A stretch of DNA of 64,000 bases from an uncultured candidate division Zixibacteria bacterium (lineage in GTDB: Bacteria > Zixibacteria > MSB-5A5 > GN15 > FEB-12): positions 544,001-608,000 of the forward strand of contig CAVTJJ010000003.1 in NCBI GenBank assembly GCA_963735035.1, in the 5' to 3' direction. The translations under genes and the position numbers were made by a program. The notes under the pieces were generated by a model. The model was not told the origin of the DNA. It made no database searches and saw only the letters and a program-made list of their open reading frames with translations. Numbering within the stretch: position 1 is the stretch's first letter; each line of letters starts with the position of its first letter. Shown here piece after piece: positions 47,898-58,296 of the stretch.

Positions 47898-48788
47898 ATG
47901 CTCTTTATCTTAGCTTCACTGATAGCGCTCATAGCGCTGTTCGTCTGGTACCGGGCCAATCATTCCGGTTCGCGCGACATCAATGCCGTGCGGTTAGTCG
48001 GCACAATCGCGATGGTAGTCGCGCTGGTATTCGGTGTGGTAGCAGTCACACAATGCTTCACACAGATCCCCGCGGGGAATGTCGGGGTCGTGGACTTTTT
48101 CGGCATCGTGTCAACCCGCACTCTGCCGGCGGGCATAAACCCGGTGAACCCGATGGCGCGTGTGATCAAGTTCTCTATTCAGACCAAGGAATTGAAAGAG
48201 ACGATGCAGGTATTATCGCGTGAAGGTTTGACAATCGGCCTGGAGATAAGCGCCCTGCATCGCCTGATTCCGGATTCGGCCGCATCGGTGTACAAGTCGG
48301 TGTTGGGAGGCGACTATGAAAGTATCCTGCTGGTGCCGCAGTTCCGTTCGATCAGTCGCGCGGTGACGGCCGGTTTCCAGGCGAGTGCGCTTTACTCGAC
48401 CGAGCGTGAACGTCTCGGCTCCGCCATTCAGGAAGAGTTGGCGAGGACGATGCTCGCGCGAGGCGTGTATATCGAAACGACTCCGTTGCGTAATGTTTCA
48501 CTCCCGACCCAACTGACTGAAGCGATTGAGCAGAAGCAGCGCGCCGATCAGGAGAGTCAGCGGATGGAGTTCATTCTCACCAAGGAGAAACAGGAAGCCG
48601 ACCGGAAACGGATCGAGGCGCAGGGTATCTCCGATTTCCAGAAGATCGTGTCATCCGGGATCAGTGATCAGCTCCTGCGGTGGAAAGGGGTCGAGGCCAC
48701 CGAGAAATTGGCCGCGTCGGCAAATACCAAAGTGGTTATCATCGGTTCCGGCAAGGACGGTCTTCCGGTGATTTTGGATACGAAGTAG
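47898..48788 (+). CDS. SPFH/prohibitin family protein
   Basis: IPAGNVGVV, LSREGL, AIEQKQRADQE..EADRKRIEAQG. Confidence 0.92.
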   Translation: MLFILASLIALIALFVWYRANHSGSRDINAVRLVGTIAMVVALVFGVVAVTQCFTQIPAGNVGVVDFFGIVSTRTLPAGINPVNPMARVIKFSIQTKELKETMQVLSREGLTIGLEISALHRLIPDSAASVYKSVLGGDYESILLVPQFRSISRAVTAGFQASALYSTERERLGSAIQEELARTMLARGVYIETTPLRNVSLPTQLTEAIEQKQRADQESQRMEFILTKEKQEADRKRIEAQGISDFQKIVSSGISDQLLRWKGVEATEKLAASANTKVVIIGSGKDGLPVILDTK

Positions 48789-48876
48789 GCCTGCTGTGTG
48801 GTTATGACGGTGTTCGCTTTGCGAACGTATCCGAAACGGCAGCCAACAAGATTGGATTGACATAGGAGAACGTACT

Positions 48877-49278
48877 ATGTTTCGTGGGCGCATTCTTTCA
48901 TGTGGAGGAGTTCGATCTGAGCCGTACTTTGCGGCATTTGTCGTTGTCATTTGCGCACTGATGACCGGATGTCAATCCGAGCAGACTCTCCGCGGAGGCT
49001 CGAGCGCTCAGGTATCGGTGAGTCGACCGAGTGAGCTTTTTGTGCCGGAGAAAGGTTGCATACCAGATGAAGCGACGGCAATTCAAGTGGCCACGACAAT
49101 CTTGAAACCGGTCTATGGCGAAGGGATCCAATCTCAGCGCCCGTTTCGTGCTGAACTGATTGGAGACAGCGTGTGGGCCGTCGCCGGTACACTACCTCCC
49201 AGCCGCATTGGAGGTATCGCTTACATTGAGATCCGCAAGCTTGACGGTAGCGTCGTGGGAATGGGGCATAGTAAATAG
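48877..49278 (+). CDS. NTF2-fold immunity protein (YbbC/YhhH-like), probable lipoprotein
   Basis: IPDEATAIQVA..VYG..QRPFRAEL..VWAVAGTLP..GG.AYIEIRK.DG.V..H; MTGC lipobox. Confidence 0.75.
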   Translation: MFRGRILSCGGVRSEPYFAAFVVVICALMTGCQSEQTLRGGSSAQVSVSRPSELFVPEKGCIPDEATAIQVATTILKPVYGEGIQSQRPFRAELIGDSVWAVAGTLPPSRIGGIAYIEIRKLDGSVVGMGHSK

Positions 49279-49487
49279 CCCGGTATCCTGGTAGCCCATA
49301 GCCTTGCTGTGAGTGCGGTAGGAAGAAAGCCAATGTCGGGTTTCGTCGCCGTTCGCTTCGCGAACGTCTCCGAAATGCCGGCCAACAAGATTGTAAGAGA
49401 AACGGACGCGAGTATGTCATGCCCGATTCAGTCGGGCATCCATGACTACTCGCGGTCGCAAGGCCCAATTGCAACTACTAAAGCCTG

Positions 49488-49658
49488 TCGATCTTGATTA
49501 CCTCATAGACCCCCGACGTCTCGGGGGTGACGGAGCTGGCGCTCCGTAATATCCCCTCCCACCATGAATGGCGGGCCACCCGGCCCGGTTACAGGGCAAG
49601 GGGCAGACGAGGACGTCTGCCGCCCACACAACACCCACCCTCAAACCGGCAGATGTGG
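49488..49658 (+). repeat. 171-bp direct repeat, copy 1
   Basis: Near-identical to 51835-52005; partial copy at ~47263-47352. Confidence 0.85.
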
Positions 49659-49788
49659 GTCCGCCGCGGCGGACCAGGCACTTTTCACGAGCGAACCAAC
49701 CCACAGCAAGCTGTGGGGTACCGGTGTCCCCACTCTACCCCACCATAAACGGTGGACCATCCGACGTTGGTGGGCGTGTCCAATTGTC

Positions 49789-51543
49789 TCACTTCAACAG
49801 CAACATCTTCTTGGACTGGACATAATCGCCTGCCCGGAGTTTGTACAGGTAGACACCGGTCGCGACCGGCGTGCCCGAGCCGTCAGTCCCATCCCAGGTG
49901 ACGGTATATGGCCCGGTTAGTTGCTCTTGATCAACCAGCGTTCGCACTCTCCGGCCAAGCAAATCAAATATCTCAACGATCACATGACACGGTTCCGGCA
50001 AGCTGTACTGGATGGTCGTTGACGGGTTGAAAGGGTTGGGATAATTCTGAGACCAGAAAGACCACTCTGGTGATTTCGCGAAAACAGGATCCCTTTTAGA
50101 GGACCTGCGAACCATAAGGTCAGCCCGTATCCCCTCCGGTGTGACATTGATGTTTTTCACTCCGACCATAGTAGCGCCGGCAGTGTAGCTGTTAGAGGAT
50201 GGTGAACTCATGCTGTCGAAGGCCATGCGGTCGACCGATCCGGGCCAGGGGTCGCAGTCATCCCCCATGTTGTAGTGGTGTTCCAGGTCGTATCGGCCCT
50301 CCGCCTGCTCCAGCGCCACCATGAAGTGGTTTCGCCCGGGCAAGCCCGGATACCATAGCTGATCGTTGTTGTATTTGCTCCTATCAATGTGCCATATGAG
50401 TAATCCCTCACCGGGAAGAGCAGCGTCATAGCCGAAACGCCGCCGGTTCTCTAAGAGGAAGTACTCAGGTGATACGGTTCCGTAGTTCCAAAGCTTGTAG
50501 ATAAGACCGCCTTCCTCACCAATCGGTCTGATCAACTCGTCGGGTCGGTTGTCCCTGACATTCACGGCACGTGCAAGGCCGAGTTGGATCAGGCTCCAGG
50601 CGCCGGGATGGGCCGGGGAGTCGCCCATTCGGCCGTTCCAGCTGCCCAGGGCCATAATGTCCCACCGACCGACGCCATAAGAGCGAAAAGTCATATCGAT
50701 CAGATCGGGCAGCCCGAATCCATGCAGTAGTTCATGGCACGAAACACCACAAGTCATGTCTCCCGGGTCGAACCAGAATTCCGGCTGAATTGTGTAAGCA
50801 CTAACATAGACCCCCTCTCCCGTCAATCGCGGAGTGATGCCCCACTTGTGTGACCAAATGTCATGTGCATCCCCCGATACTTCGGAAGAGATTCCGGCGT
50901 GTACCACGAACAGGACGTCCACATCACCATCGCCGTCGTTGTCGTAGTTACCAAAATCAACCACTGGATCCACTGCATCAACCAGGTCCTCGACCAGCTT
51001 CTGAGAATTCTGAGGATATGGGCCAATGCCGAAGTCGTTGTCGGCGTAATATGCGTAATTTCGTGGGGCGCGAATCCAGTTCAGGGTCGAAGGCATGTTG
51101 ACCGTTACGATATCTACCCTGCCGCGCGATATCTCGCGGAAATAATCGCCAACCGTGCCTGTGCCCGGGCCGAAAACGAGGCTGTCAAAGAAAGTCGCGC
51201 GTGTCTGGGACATCTGGTCGGTAAAATCTACCAGGATAGCCAGGATGCGCAATTGCTTAACGCCCGGGATGCTAAGCTCGTTGCGACCTCCTTCACTTGT
51301 CCCAAAGCAGTCCTCCGGCGCCTCGATTCCGCGCGAAAGCAGCTCTGTCGGATTCGGCAATGGTGCCAGGACGCAATCAGTACCTTCCTGGGCGATTCGT
51401 GCTTTGAGCAAATCAGGGTGCGGTGGAATCGCTTGGGCAGCGCCGGCAATTATCATGATGGCCGCTAACGGTACACTGCTGGAGCGAATGAGGCTCTTCA
51501 ACGTAATCATCTCAGCCAGCCACGTTCTCATATTGTCTCCCAT
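49789..51543 (-). CDS. M6 family (immune inhibitor A-like) metalloprotease with FlgD/T9SS-type C-terminal domain
   Basis: ILVDF, VVHAG, IWSHKW, CHELLHGFGLPDL, EYFLLENR, QNYPNPFNP..GVYLYKL..KKMLLLK. Confidence 0.92.
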   Translation of the reverse strand: MGDNMRTWLAEMITLKSLIRSSSVPLAAIMIIAGAAQAIPPHPDLLKARIAQEGTDCVLAPLPNPTELLSRGIEAPEDCFGTSEGGRNELSIPGVKQLRILAILVDFTDQMSQTRATFFDSLVFGPGTGTVGDYFREISRGRVDIVTVNMPSTLNWIRAPRNYAYYADNDFGIGPYPQNSQKLVEDLVDAVDPVVDFGNYDNDGDGDVDVLFVVHAGISSEVSGDAHDIWSHKWGITPRLTGEGVYVSAYTIQPEFWFDPGDMTCGVSCHELLHGFGLPDLIDMTFRSYGVGRWDIMALGSWNGRMGDSPAHPGAWSLIQLGLARAVNVRDNRPDELIRPIGEEGGLIYKLWNYGTVSPEYFLLENRRRFGYDAALPGEGLLIWHIDRSKYNNDQLWYPGLPGRNHFMVALEQAEGRYDLEHHYNMGDDCDPWPGSVDRMAFDSMSSPSSNSYTAGATMVGVKNINVTPEGIRADLMVRRSSKRDPVFAKSPEWSFWSQNYPNPFNPSTTIQYSLPEPCHVIVEIFDLLGRRVRTLVDQEQLTGPYTVTWDGTDGSGTPVATGVYLYKLRAGDYVQSKKMLLLK

Positions 51544-51834
51544 TTGTTATCGCTCTCTTCGGCTTCTATGAGGGCAAATGTAAGAACTCCGTCAACCTAA
51601 AAAATGGGAAGCGTGCCACGGTCAAGCTGGGGCAAGACACCCGTCCCAGCGCGAGCGCTGGGGCACCAGGTTTTCGTACATGTCGGCAGATGTGGGTCCG
51701 CCGCGGCGGACCGGGCAAGTAGAAGGTCCGTCACGCCCGATTCAGTCGGGCATCCATGACTACTCGCGCTCGACATATCAAGGGGCAGACGAGGATCCCC
51801 GATCAAGTCGGGGACAGGCTTTGCCGCTCACGAA

Positions 51835-52005
51835 TCGATCTTGATTACCACTTAGACCCCCGACGTTTCGGGGGTGACGGAGCTGGCGCTCCGTAATATC
51901 CCCTCCCACCATGAATGGCGGGCCACCCGGACCGGTTACAGGGCAAGGGGCAGACGAGGACGTCTGCCGCCCACACAACACCCACCCTCAAACCGGCAGA
52001 TGTGG
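51835..52005 (+). repeat. 171-bp direct repeat, copy 2
   Basis: Near-identical to 49488-49658. Confidence 0.85.
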
Positions 52006-52287
52006 ACATCTGCCGGGCACGGTGTACGACTGGTGGGCCGCCCAGCCAGGCAAATTGTGTTGTGTGGCAAGGCGTTAGAGGAACTCTGTCGGACAAAACC
52101 CAGGGCAGAGCCCTGAGGCACCCGAGCGAAATGTTAAATTATGCTTATTACTTGCGGGGAAGGAATTTATCGCGAAGATAAATGAATCCTGTTCCCCCGG
52201 TCTTCCGTCTACTAAATTAGTGTTAATGCGTCTTCTTGCTATCGCAAATTCGCTATTTTCAAATAATACATTGTGGAGGTCTGCTTC

Positions 52288-53823
52288 ATGGGTCAGATGA
52301 CAAGGCGGAGATTCGTCCAATTGGGGGCCCAGGGGATTGTCCTTGCCGCTATTCCGAGCTTCTTCCGGTTCAATCCAACGGCGGCTTTTGCCCGTCCGGT
52401 CGGTGAAATGGCGTTGACCGATTACTATGCCCATTTCGGATTGGACGAACAGACTATTCGTGACGTCATGGCGGCGGCGCTGTCTCGCGGCGGCGACTAC
52501 TGCGACATCTTTGTTGAGCATACGCTCAGCAACAATCTGGTGCTCGAAGACGACAAGGTGAGCCGGGCTTTCACGACGGTCGATCTCGGAGCCGGTATCC
52601 GGGTGCTCAAGGGCGACCAGACCGGTTTTTCGTTCACCGAAGAGCTGACTCCCGAGGCGATGAAGCTGGCGGCCAAGACCGCAGCGACGATTGCAGCGTC
52701 GGGCAGCGGATCGGCCCCGGCCAGTCTGAAGTATGTCAAGACGCCCAATTACTTCGTAGTTGAGAACCCGCTCGAAGAGATCACGATCGACCAGAAGATT
52801 CCGCTTCTGCAGAAAGTAAACGAGAAGATGGCGAATCTGGAAAGCAGCCTGATCCGACGCCGGGTGTCCTATTTCGACGGATCATCATATGTCCTGATCG
52901 CTACTTCCGACGGGCGAGTTGTGTGTGATTACCGTCCGATGACCCAGATTTCCGGGTCGTGTACGTCCGAGATCGATGGCCGCCGGGAGTCCTGTGGATA
53001 TTCGGTCGCCGGTCGGAGAAGCGCCGACTACTTTGACGATCAGGTGTTGACTCGGATAGGGACGGAAGCGGTCAATCGGACGATGCAGATGTTCAAGGCA
53101 GTGAAGCCTGAAGCGGGTGAGATGCCCGTGGTATTGGCCTCAGGTCACTCGGGAATTCTTCTGCATGAAGCTATCGGACACGGCATGGAAGCCGATTTCA
53201 ACCGTCGGAACGAATCGGTCTTCGCCGACAAGATCGGCAAGCCGGTGGCGGAGAAGATCGTCACCATCATCGACGACGGTACCAATCCGTACGAACGCGG
53301 ATCGATCAATGTCGACGACGAAGCCAATGAGAGCAAGCGCACAGTCCTGGTCGAAAATGGTACTCTCCAGAGCTTCATGCACGATAACATAAGCGCGAAG
53401 TTCTACGGCGTTCAGCCGACTGGAAACGGACGGCGCGAGTCATTCCGCTACAATCCGATTCCCCGGATGCGGAACACTTACATGCTCAACGGGCCGAACA
53501 CGCCTGAGGAAATCATCAGCAGCGTGAAGAAAGGGCTCTATTGCGAGTCTTTCACCAACGGCCAGGTCAATATCGGCCCCGGCGATTTCACGTTCTATGT
53601 CCAGAACGGCAATTTGATCGAAGACGGCAAGCTGACGGCTCCGGTGAAGGATGTCAATCTAATCGGCAATGGTCCGCAGGTGCTCGCCAAGATCACCATG
53701 GTGGCCAATGATTTCAAGATGTCGGAAGGCACCTGGACCTGCGGCAAAGGGCAGTCAGTTCCAGTGTCGCTCGGGATGCCGTCCGTGCTGGTGTCGGCCA
53801 TTACCGTAGGGGGCAAAGGATAA
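52288..53823 (+). CDS. tldD: TldD metalloprotease with twin-arginine signal
   Basis: GGAGG RBS; TRRRFVQ; HEAIGHGMEAD; TGNGRRES; PRMRNTY; CGKGQSVPV. Confidence 0.92.
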   Translation: MGQMTRRRFVQLGAQGIVLAAIPSFFRFNPTAAFARPVGEMALTDYYAHFGLDEQTIRDVMAAALSRGGDYCDIFVEHTLSNNLVLEDDKVSRAFTTVDLGAGIRVLKGDQTGFSFTEELTPEAMKLAAKTAATIAASGSGSAPASLKYVKTPNYFVVENPLEEITIDQKIPLLQKVNEKMANLESSLIRRRVSYFDGSSYVLIATSDGRVVCDYRPMTQISGSCTSEIDGRRESCGYSVAGRRSADYFDDQVLTRIGTEAVNRTMQMFKAVKPEAGEMPVVLASGHSGILLHEAIGHGMEADFNRRNESVFADKIGKPVAEKIVTIIDDGTNPYERGSINVDDEANESKRTVLVENGTLQSFMHDNISAKFYGVQPTGNGRRESFRYNPIPRMRNTYMLNGPNTPEEIISSVKKGLYCESFTNGQVNIGPGDFTFYVQNGNLIEDGKLTAPVKDVNLIGNGPQVLAKITMVANDFKMSEGTWTCGKGQSVPVSLGMPSVLVSAITVGGKG

Positions 53824-53887
53824 CCGACGCGCCTGATTGGTTCAGGACTGGAAGTGTTCTGACGCACAACAAACTGGGATAAAGACT

Positions 53888-55210
53888 ATGAATAATAAAG
53901 AAAGACTGGAACTGGCGCGCTGGGCGGCCGGTGAATGCAAAAAGGCGGGCGCCGACGATGCGTCGGTCAACATCTCTTTTGATCGCAACGTGTCGGTGGA
54001 GCACCGTGACAAGAAGATCGACAACCTGAGCGAAGCGACCGAGAACTCGCTGAGCCTGTCGGTTTATCTCGGCGGTCGATATTCAAATCACACTACCTCC
54101 GATCTTCGCAAGGATACGCTGGGCGGATTCATTCAACAGGCGGTGGCGATGACCAAATACCTGTCGCCGGATCCGGACCGCACGCTGACCGATGCAAAAT
54201 ATTGTCAGGGCCTGCAAACGCGGGACCTCAAGCAGACGGATTCTACCTATGGTCAGGTTACGGCCGAAGAACGCGTCCGTCTGGCCAAAGAGTGTGAAGA
54301 TGCGGTGCTATCACGCAGCGACAAGATCGTGTCCTGTATGGGCAGTTATAGCGATTCGTACTCCGAGTCGGTGCTGGTGCTGACGAACGGTTTTGAAGGC
54401 GAGAAAGCCAGCACTAATTTCGACGCCTCGGCCGAGGTTACTCTGCAGGGCGCTGACGGCGTTCGGGTAGATGACTATGACTACGGCGGCGGTTGTTTCC
54501 GTCGCAACTTACCGTCGCCCGATGTTCTCGGCCAGAAGGCGGTGGAGCGCGCTATGGCTAAAGTGGGTCAGTCCAAGATGGAATCCGGTGTTTATGATAT
54601 GATTGTCGAGAACCGGGTGGCCTCAAGACTGATCGGGGCGACTCTTGGCTGTCTCAGCGGGCAGGCCATCTATCGCAAGAACTCGTTTCTGATCGACAAG
54701 CTGGGCCAGCCAATCGGCTGCGACAAGCTGACGATCATCGACGATCCATTCATCGAATCCGGCTATGGCTCGCGTCTGTACGACGGCGACGGGATGCCGT
54801 CACAGAAGCGCGTGGTCCTGGATAAGGGGGTTCTCCGCACCTATTTCATCGACTGGTATTACAGCCGCAAGCTGAAGACGGAGCCTACTACCGGCGGCAA
54901 TTCCAATCTTACTTATGAGTACGGGGACAAATCGTTGGATGGGTTGGTCAAACAGGCCAAGAAAGCGATCCTCATTACCAGTTTTATCGGAGGCAATTTC
55001 AACGCCACGACCGGTGAGTTCTCTTACGGCGTGACGGGGATGTATGTCGAAGACGGCAAGATTGTGCGGCCGATAAACGAGATGAATGTTGGCGGCAGTT
55101 ATGTCAGTCTCTGGAACCAACTGGTCGAGCTGGGTAACGATCCGTACTTGATGTCTCCGAATCGTCGACCAAGTCTCTATTTCAAGGACCTTCAGTTCGC
55201 GGGCAAGTAG
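53888..55210 (+). CDS. pmbA: TldE/PmbA partner subunit
   Basis: SFLIDKLG, IIDDP..GSRLYDGDG, NATTGEFS; no HExxxH; follows tldD. Confidence 0.88.
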   Translation: MNNKERLELARWAAGECKKAGADDASVNISFDRNVSVEHRDKKIDNLSEATENSLSLSVYLGGRYSNHTTSDLRKDTLGGFIQQAVAMTKYLSPDPDRTLTDAKYCQGLQTRDLKQTDSTYGQVTAEERVRLAKECEDAVLSRSDKIVSCMGSYSDSYSESVLVLTNGFEGEKASTNFDASAEVTLQGADGVRVDDYDYGGGCFRRNLPSPDVLGQKAVERAMAKVGQSKMESGVYDMIVENRVASRLIGATLGCLSGQAIYRKNSFLIDKLGQPIGCDKLTIIDDPFIESGYGSRLYDGDGMPSQKRVVLDKGVLRTYFIDWYYSRKLKTEPTTGGNSNLTYEYGDKSLDGLVKQAKKAILITSFIGGNFNATTGEFSYGVTGMYVEDGKIVRPINEMNVGGSYVSLWNQLVELGNDPYLMSPNRRPSLYFKDLQFAGK

Positions 55211-55472
55211 GATTGTTCGATAGATACTACGATGGTAAACGTCGCCGGTTAATTAGAGCCGGCGACGTTTTTCTTGAGTCGCAATCGCCAACGTGATCGT
55301 GCGTCGAGTCCGGCTGTGAGCCCGTTTAGTTTGACAAGCGCATACTTCTTTGCTAAGATTGATAAGGGATCCATTCCCGGTTTCGTTTGGTTCGGTTCTT
55401 ACGCGGTTAGTCCGCGGGCCAGGGCCTATCAATCGGGTAGTGTGATGCCGAAATGGCAAGAGAGAGAATGTA

Positions 55473-56444
55473 ATGAGAAAATTCATTTTCGTAGCAGTAT
55501 TCGTGTGTAGTCTGTGCTGTGTTGCAGCCGATGCCGAGATAACGATGAATGTAGCGCCGTACGCCAGAATAGGTTTTGGCGACACTCGCTACGAAATCTT
55601 CATTCTTGGCTATGATTCTGATAGTTCCCTGTTTAGCGGCGGTAGCAGACTAATCTATCCGATAGACGACGTTCAGACCGGAATTCGGTTCAACCTGAGT
55701 GTAATGGAGAAGGGGAATCGCGCCTGGACGGCTGAAGCTCGTATAGGCACGGCGGTGAGCAATCCGCATAGTCGGATGTCGGACGACGACTGGGAAAATA
55801 TCCAGAACGTGGAAGTGCTTTGGAGCCACACGCTCTCGGACGTTGACGGTTCCGCGAGCTCCGCCGGTCTGGAAGTTACCCGGCTCTTGAGCGCCGGACA
55901 TAGCGCTGAGTTGGGGGTGCTGGTAGGAATCCAGTACCAGAGGATCATGCAGAAGATGATCAGTCTCTATGGTTATCAGTACTGGGATGCCGATACCAAC
56001 GGACAGTTGGAAGTCTACCTGGCGTCTGATCGTGAACTGGCCCTCACCTATGAGATCCGCTATGTCCGGCCTCGGTTGGGGCTGGTTTCACGATGGCAGG
56101 CGGGTCCGTTCGGCACCGAGATAAAGGCCGCGCTTTCGCCGATGCTTTCCGTCAAAGATATCGATGATCATGTCCGTCGGGGATTCCAGATACGCACTGA
56201 TGGCAGAGGCGTTGGTGTTGGCTGCTCGGTAGCGCTCAGCTACGAGGCCCAGTCCTTCGGCGCCAGACCGTTTGTGACGCTCAGCGGCGATTTCTTTGGC
56301 GCCGATCTCAATACCGTCGGCACCCGCGATTACTACCGCGATTATGAAAAAGAAGGGATACATCGGGGAGATCGTTTTTCCGAGTCCCACCGGATCAGGA
56401 CCCGGCAGTACGGCATAGAACTGGCCGTGGGAATGAAGTTGTAG
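55473..56444 (+). CDS. Omptin family outer-membrane protease
   Basis: Signal peptide; SRLIY, MSDDDW and DIDDHVRR omptin-like motifs; beta-barrel alternation. Confidence 0.7.
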   Translation: MRKFIFVAVFVCSLCCVAADAEITMNVAPYARIGFGDTRYEIFILGYDSDSSLFSGGSRLIYPIDDVQTGIRFNLSVMEKGNRAWTAEARIGTAVSNPHSRMSDDDWENIQNVEVLWSHTLSDVDGSASSAGLEVTRLLSAGHSAELGVLVGIQYQRIMQKMISLYGYQYWDADTNGQLEVYLASDRELALTYEIRYVRPRLGLVSRWQAGPFGTEIKAALSPMLSVKDIDDHVRRGFQIRTDGRGVGVGCSVALSYEAQSFGARPFVTLSGDFFGADLNTVGTRDYYRDYEKEGIHRGDRFSESHRIRTRQYGIELAVGMKL

Positions 56445-56664
56445 CGGTTTTCGTTCAACATTCGAAGGGATGTTATCAGCCTTATCAGTCGTTTCACCCG
56501 TTTCACTGCGAGACGAATCTGAAACGGTCTCTGTTCCGACCTGAAACCTGATCCGATTGTTGGTCGAGTCACTATCCTCAGGCCTGTCGAATCGTCGTCA
56601 CTAAGTTATTGTCCTATGGTTGATTGGGGGAATTTCGCGGCAAGCATTGTGTGAGTGGCATCGT

Positions 56665-56680
56665 TGGCACGGAAGTTTCA
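56665..56680 (+). promoter_or_regulatory. Putative sigma54 promoter
   Basis: TGGCACGgaagTTTCA (one mismatch in the -12 box). Confidence 0.5.
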
Positions 56681-56691
56681 TACATAATCAG

Positions 56692-56928
56692 CGTCGAACG
56701 ACTTTGGCGAGGTTACTGGGGGGCTGGAAATCTCGCCAAAGGTCACGACACCGTGGGGAGGACAGCAGGGGGAGACAACAGGGGAGGACGGTTGAGCGAT
56801 AGGTTGAGCAGCTAGGATTCATTGGGGGGGAGCTCAAGGGATTGTGTACTGGCCCAGGGAATGGGCAAAGCACACGAAACACCACTTCACCGTGAAAACA
56901 GCCTGTACCGGCAGGCTGTTTTCGTTTT
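56692..56928 (+). ncRNA. Candidate GGA-rich small RNA (CsrB/Rsm-like)
   Basis: About 10 GGA motifs and hairpins between a sigma54-like promoter and a strong terminator; no credible ORF. Confidence 0.4.
56894..56928 (+). terminator. Intrinsic terminator
   Basis: GAAAACAGCCTG-taccgg-CAGGCTGTTTTC-GTTTT. Confidence 0.75.
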
Positions 56929-57030
56929 GTCTAAATCAGCAACTACTACCTCCATTTTCGGCCCGGCCTTCCGATCAGTTGTATAAGATTACCAAGAATG
57001 ATATCCTGATCGGCAGGATTGTAAAGGACC

Positions 57031-58161
57031 TTGAAAGTGGAAGCGCACGATCACAGCGTGGCAATAGGTAAAGTTGCTTCGAACTCGGTTGAAACCGAAC
57101 CGAGGCCTCGGGTATTGATCCTGCAACCTTCGAACGGTTCCGAGGCCCCGACCGCAGCCTTGATCGCGGCCGGATTGGCCGGAGAAGGCTGGGCCGCGTC
57201 CGGCTTTGCCATGACTCCCGGGCACCGTTCTGAATGGGTTTTCGACTTCAGAACGATCGAGCGGACGCTTACAGGAAAATACGAGTTCTTTCGGAGTCTG
57301 GTTCACAAAGTGTCGTCCTGCGACCTCGTGCACATCCCCTGCACGACCTCCCGTCAAATTGTGCGCGAAGCCCTGCCACTCTTGATTCTGACCAGATTTC
57401 TGGGCAAGCGTTCGGTCTTGCACTTCGTCTCTCCCGATATTGAAACTCTGCTTGAACGACGGCGTCGCTTTATCCTGCCCCTTCTCAAGCTGGCCGATAA
57501 CACCGTGGTGGGTTCGAGACATCTCCAGAAAATCATAGCCCGGACGGGGCTGAATGTACGCGCCCTGACCGCGCCGGTTTCAATTGAGCGCCTGACGCAC
57601 CGAGTGCGAGCCAGGTTGCAGCCGAAGATACTGGTGGTGTCACCACTTGAGGCCGATGCCAACGTCCAGGCGGCCATCAGAGCCTTTCGATTGGTCAAAC
57701 AGAAGTATCCTCGGTCTGAGATGATAGTGATCGGTCAAGGCAACCTGCGTCGGAACCTCGAAGACTTGACCGACCGGGGCAATATTGTCGGAGTTGAATT
57801 CCGAGGTGAAGCCAGTGAGAGTAGAATCACCGATGCCCTGAACGAGTGCGATATGCTTCTGCACGCGCCACTGGCGGATGAATCCCCCGCCATATTGATC
57901 AAAGCTTTTGCGGCCGGTCTGCCGGTCGTGACGAGCGACGCCGATGGATTTCTGCACATGGTCCGTGACCGGGTCAGCGCGCTTATCGTGCCGAGCGGCG
58001 ACCATGTGAAACTGGCGGATGCGATTCTTGAGTTGGTGGAGAATGAAGAATTATGCGCGCGGATGTCACTACAGGGGCGTCAGGAAGCTGAAAAATATTC
58101 CTGGTCCCGAGTGAGACAAGACTGGGCAAATTTGTATAAGACTATGAGGTCAACTAGTTAA
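57031..58161 (+). CDS. Glycosyltransferase family 4
   Basis: IRAFRLVKQKYP..IGQG, DESPAILIKAFAAGLPVVTS, YSWSRV. Confidence 0.85.
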   Translation: MKVEAHDHSVAIGKVASNSVETEPRPRVLILQPSNGSEAPTAALIAAGLAGEGWAASGFAMTPGHRSEWVFDFRTIERTLTGKYEFFRSLVHKVSSCDLVHIPCTTSRQIVREALPLLILTRFLGKRSVLHFVSPDIETLLERRRRFILPLLKLADNTVVGSRHLQKIIARTGLNVRALTAPVSIERLTHRVRARLQPKILVVSPLEADANVQAAIRAFRLVKQKYPRSEMIVIGQGNLRRNLEDLTDRGNIVGVEFRGEASESRITDALNECDMLLHAPLADESPAILIKAFAAGLPVVTSDADGFLHMVRDRVSALIVPSGDHVKLADAILELVENEELCARMSLQGRQEAEKYSWSRVRQDWANLYKTMRSTS

Positions 58162-58296
58162 CCAATACGTTACCTTCTTGTCGTGCAACGGAAGGGCCGG
58201 GACAACACCCGACCCTTCTTTTTTGTGTTTGTGGTTGGTACCCTGGTATTTAGTAAGTGATTGCGCCGCTTTGCCTACTGCCCTTATATTTGCGGT

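Noticed and set aside
45330..49480. Classical integron
   Set aside because: No tyrosine recombinase and no clear RYYYAAC...GTTRRRY attC boxes
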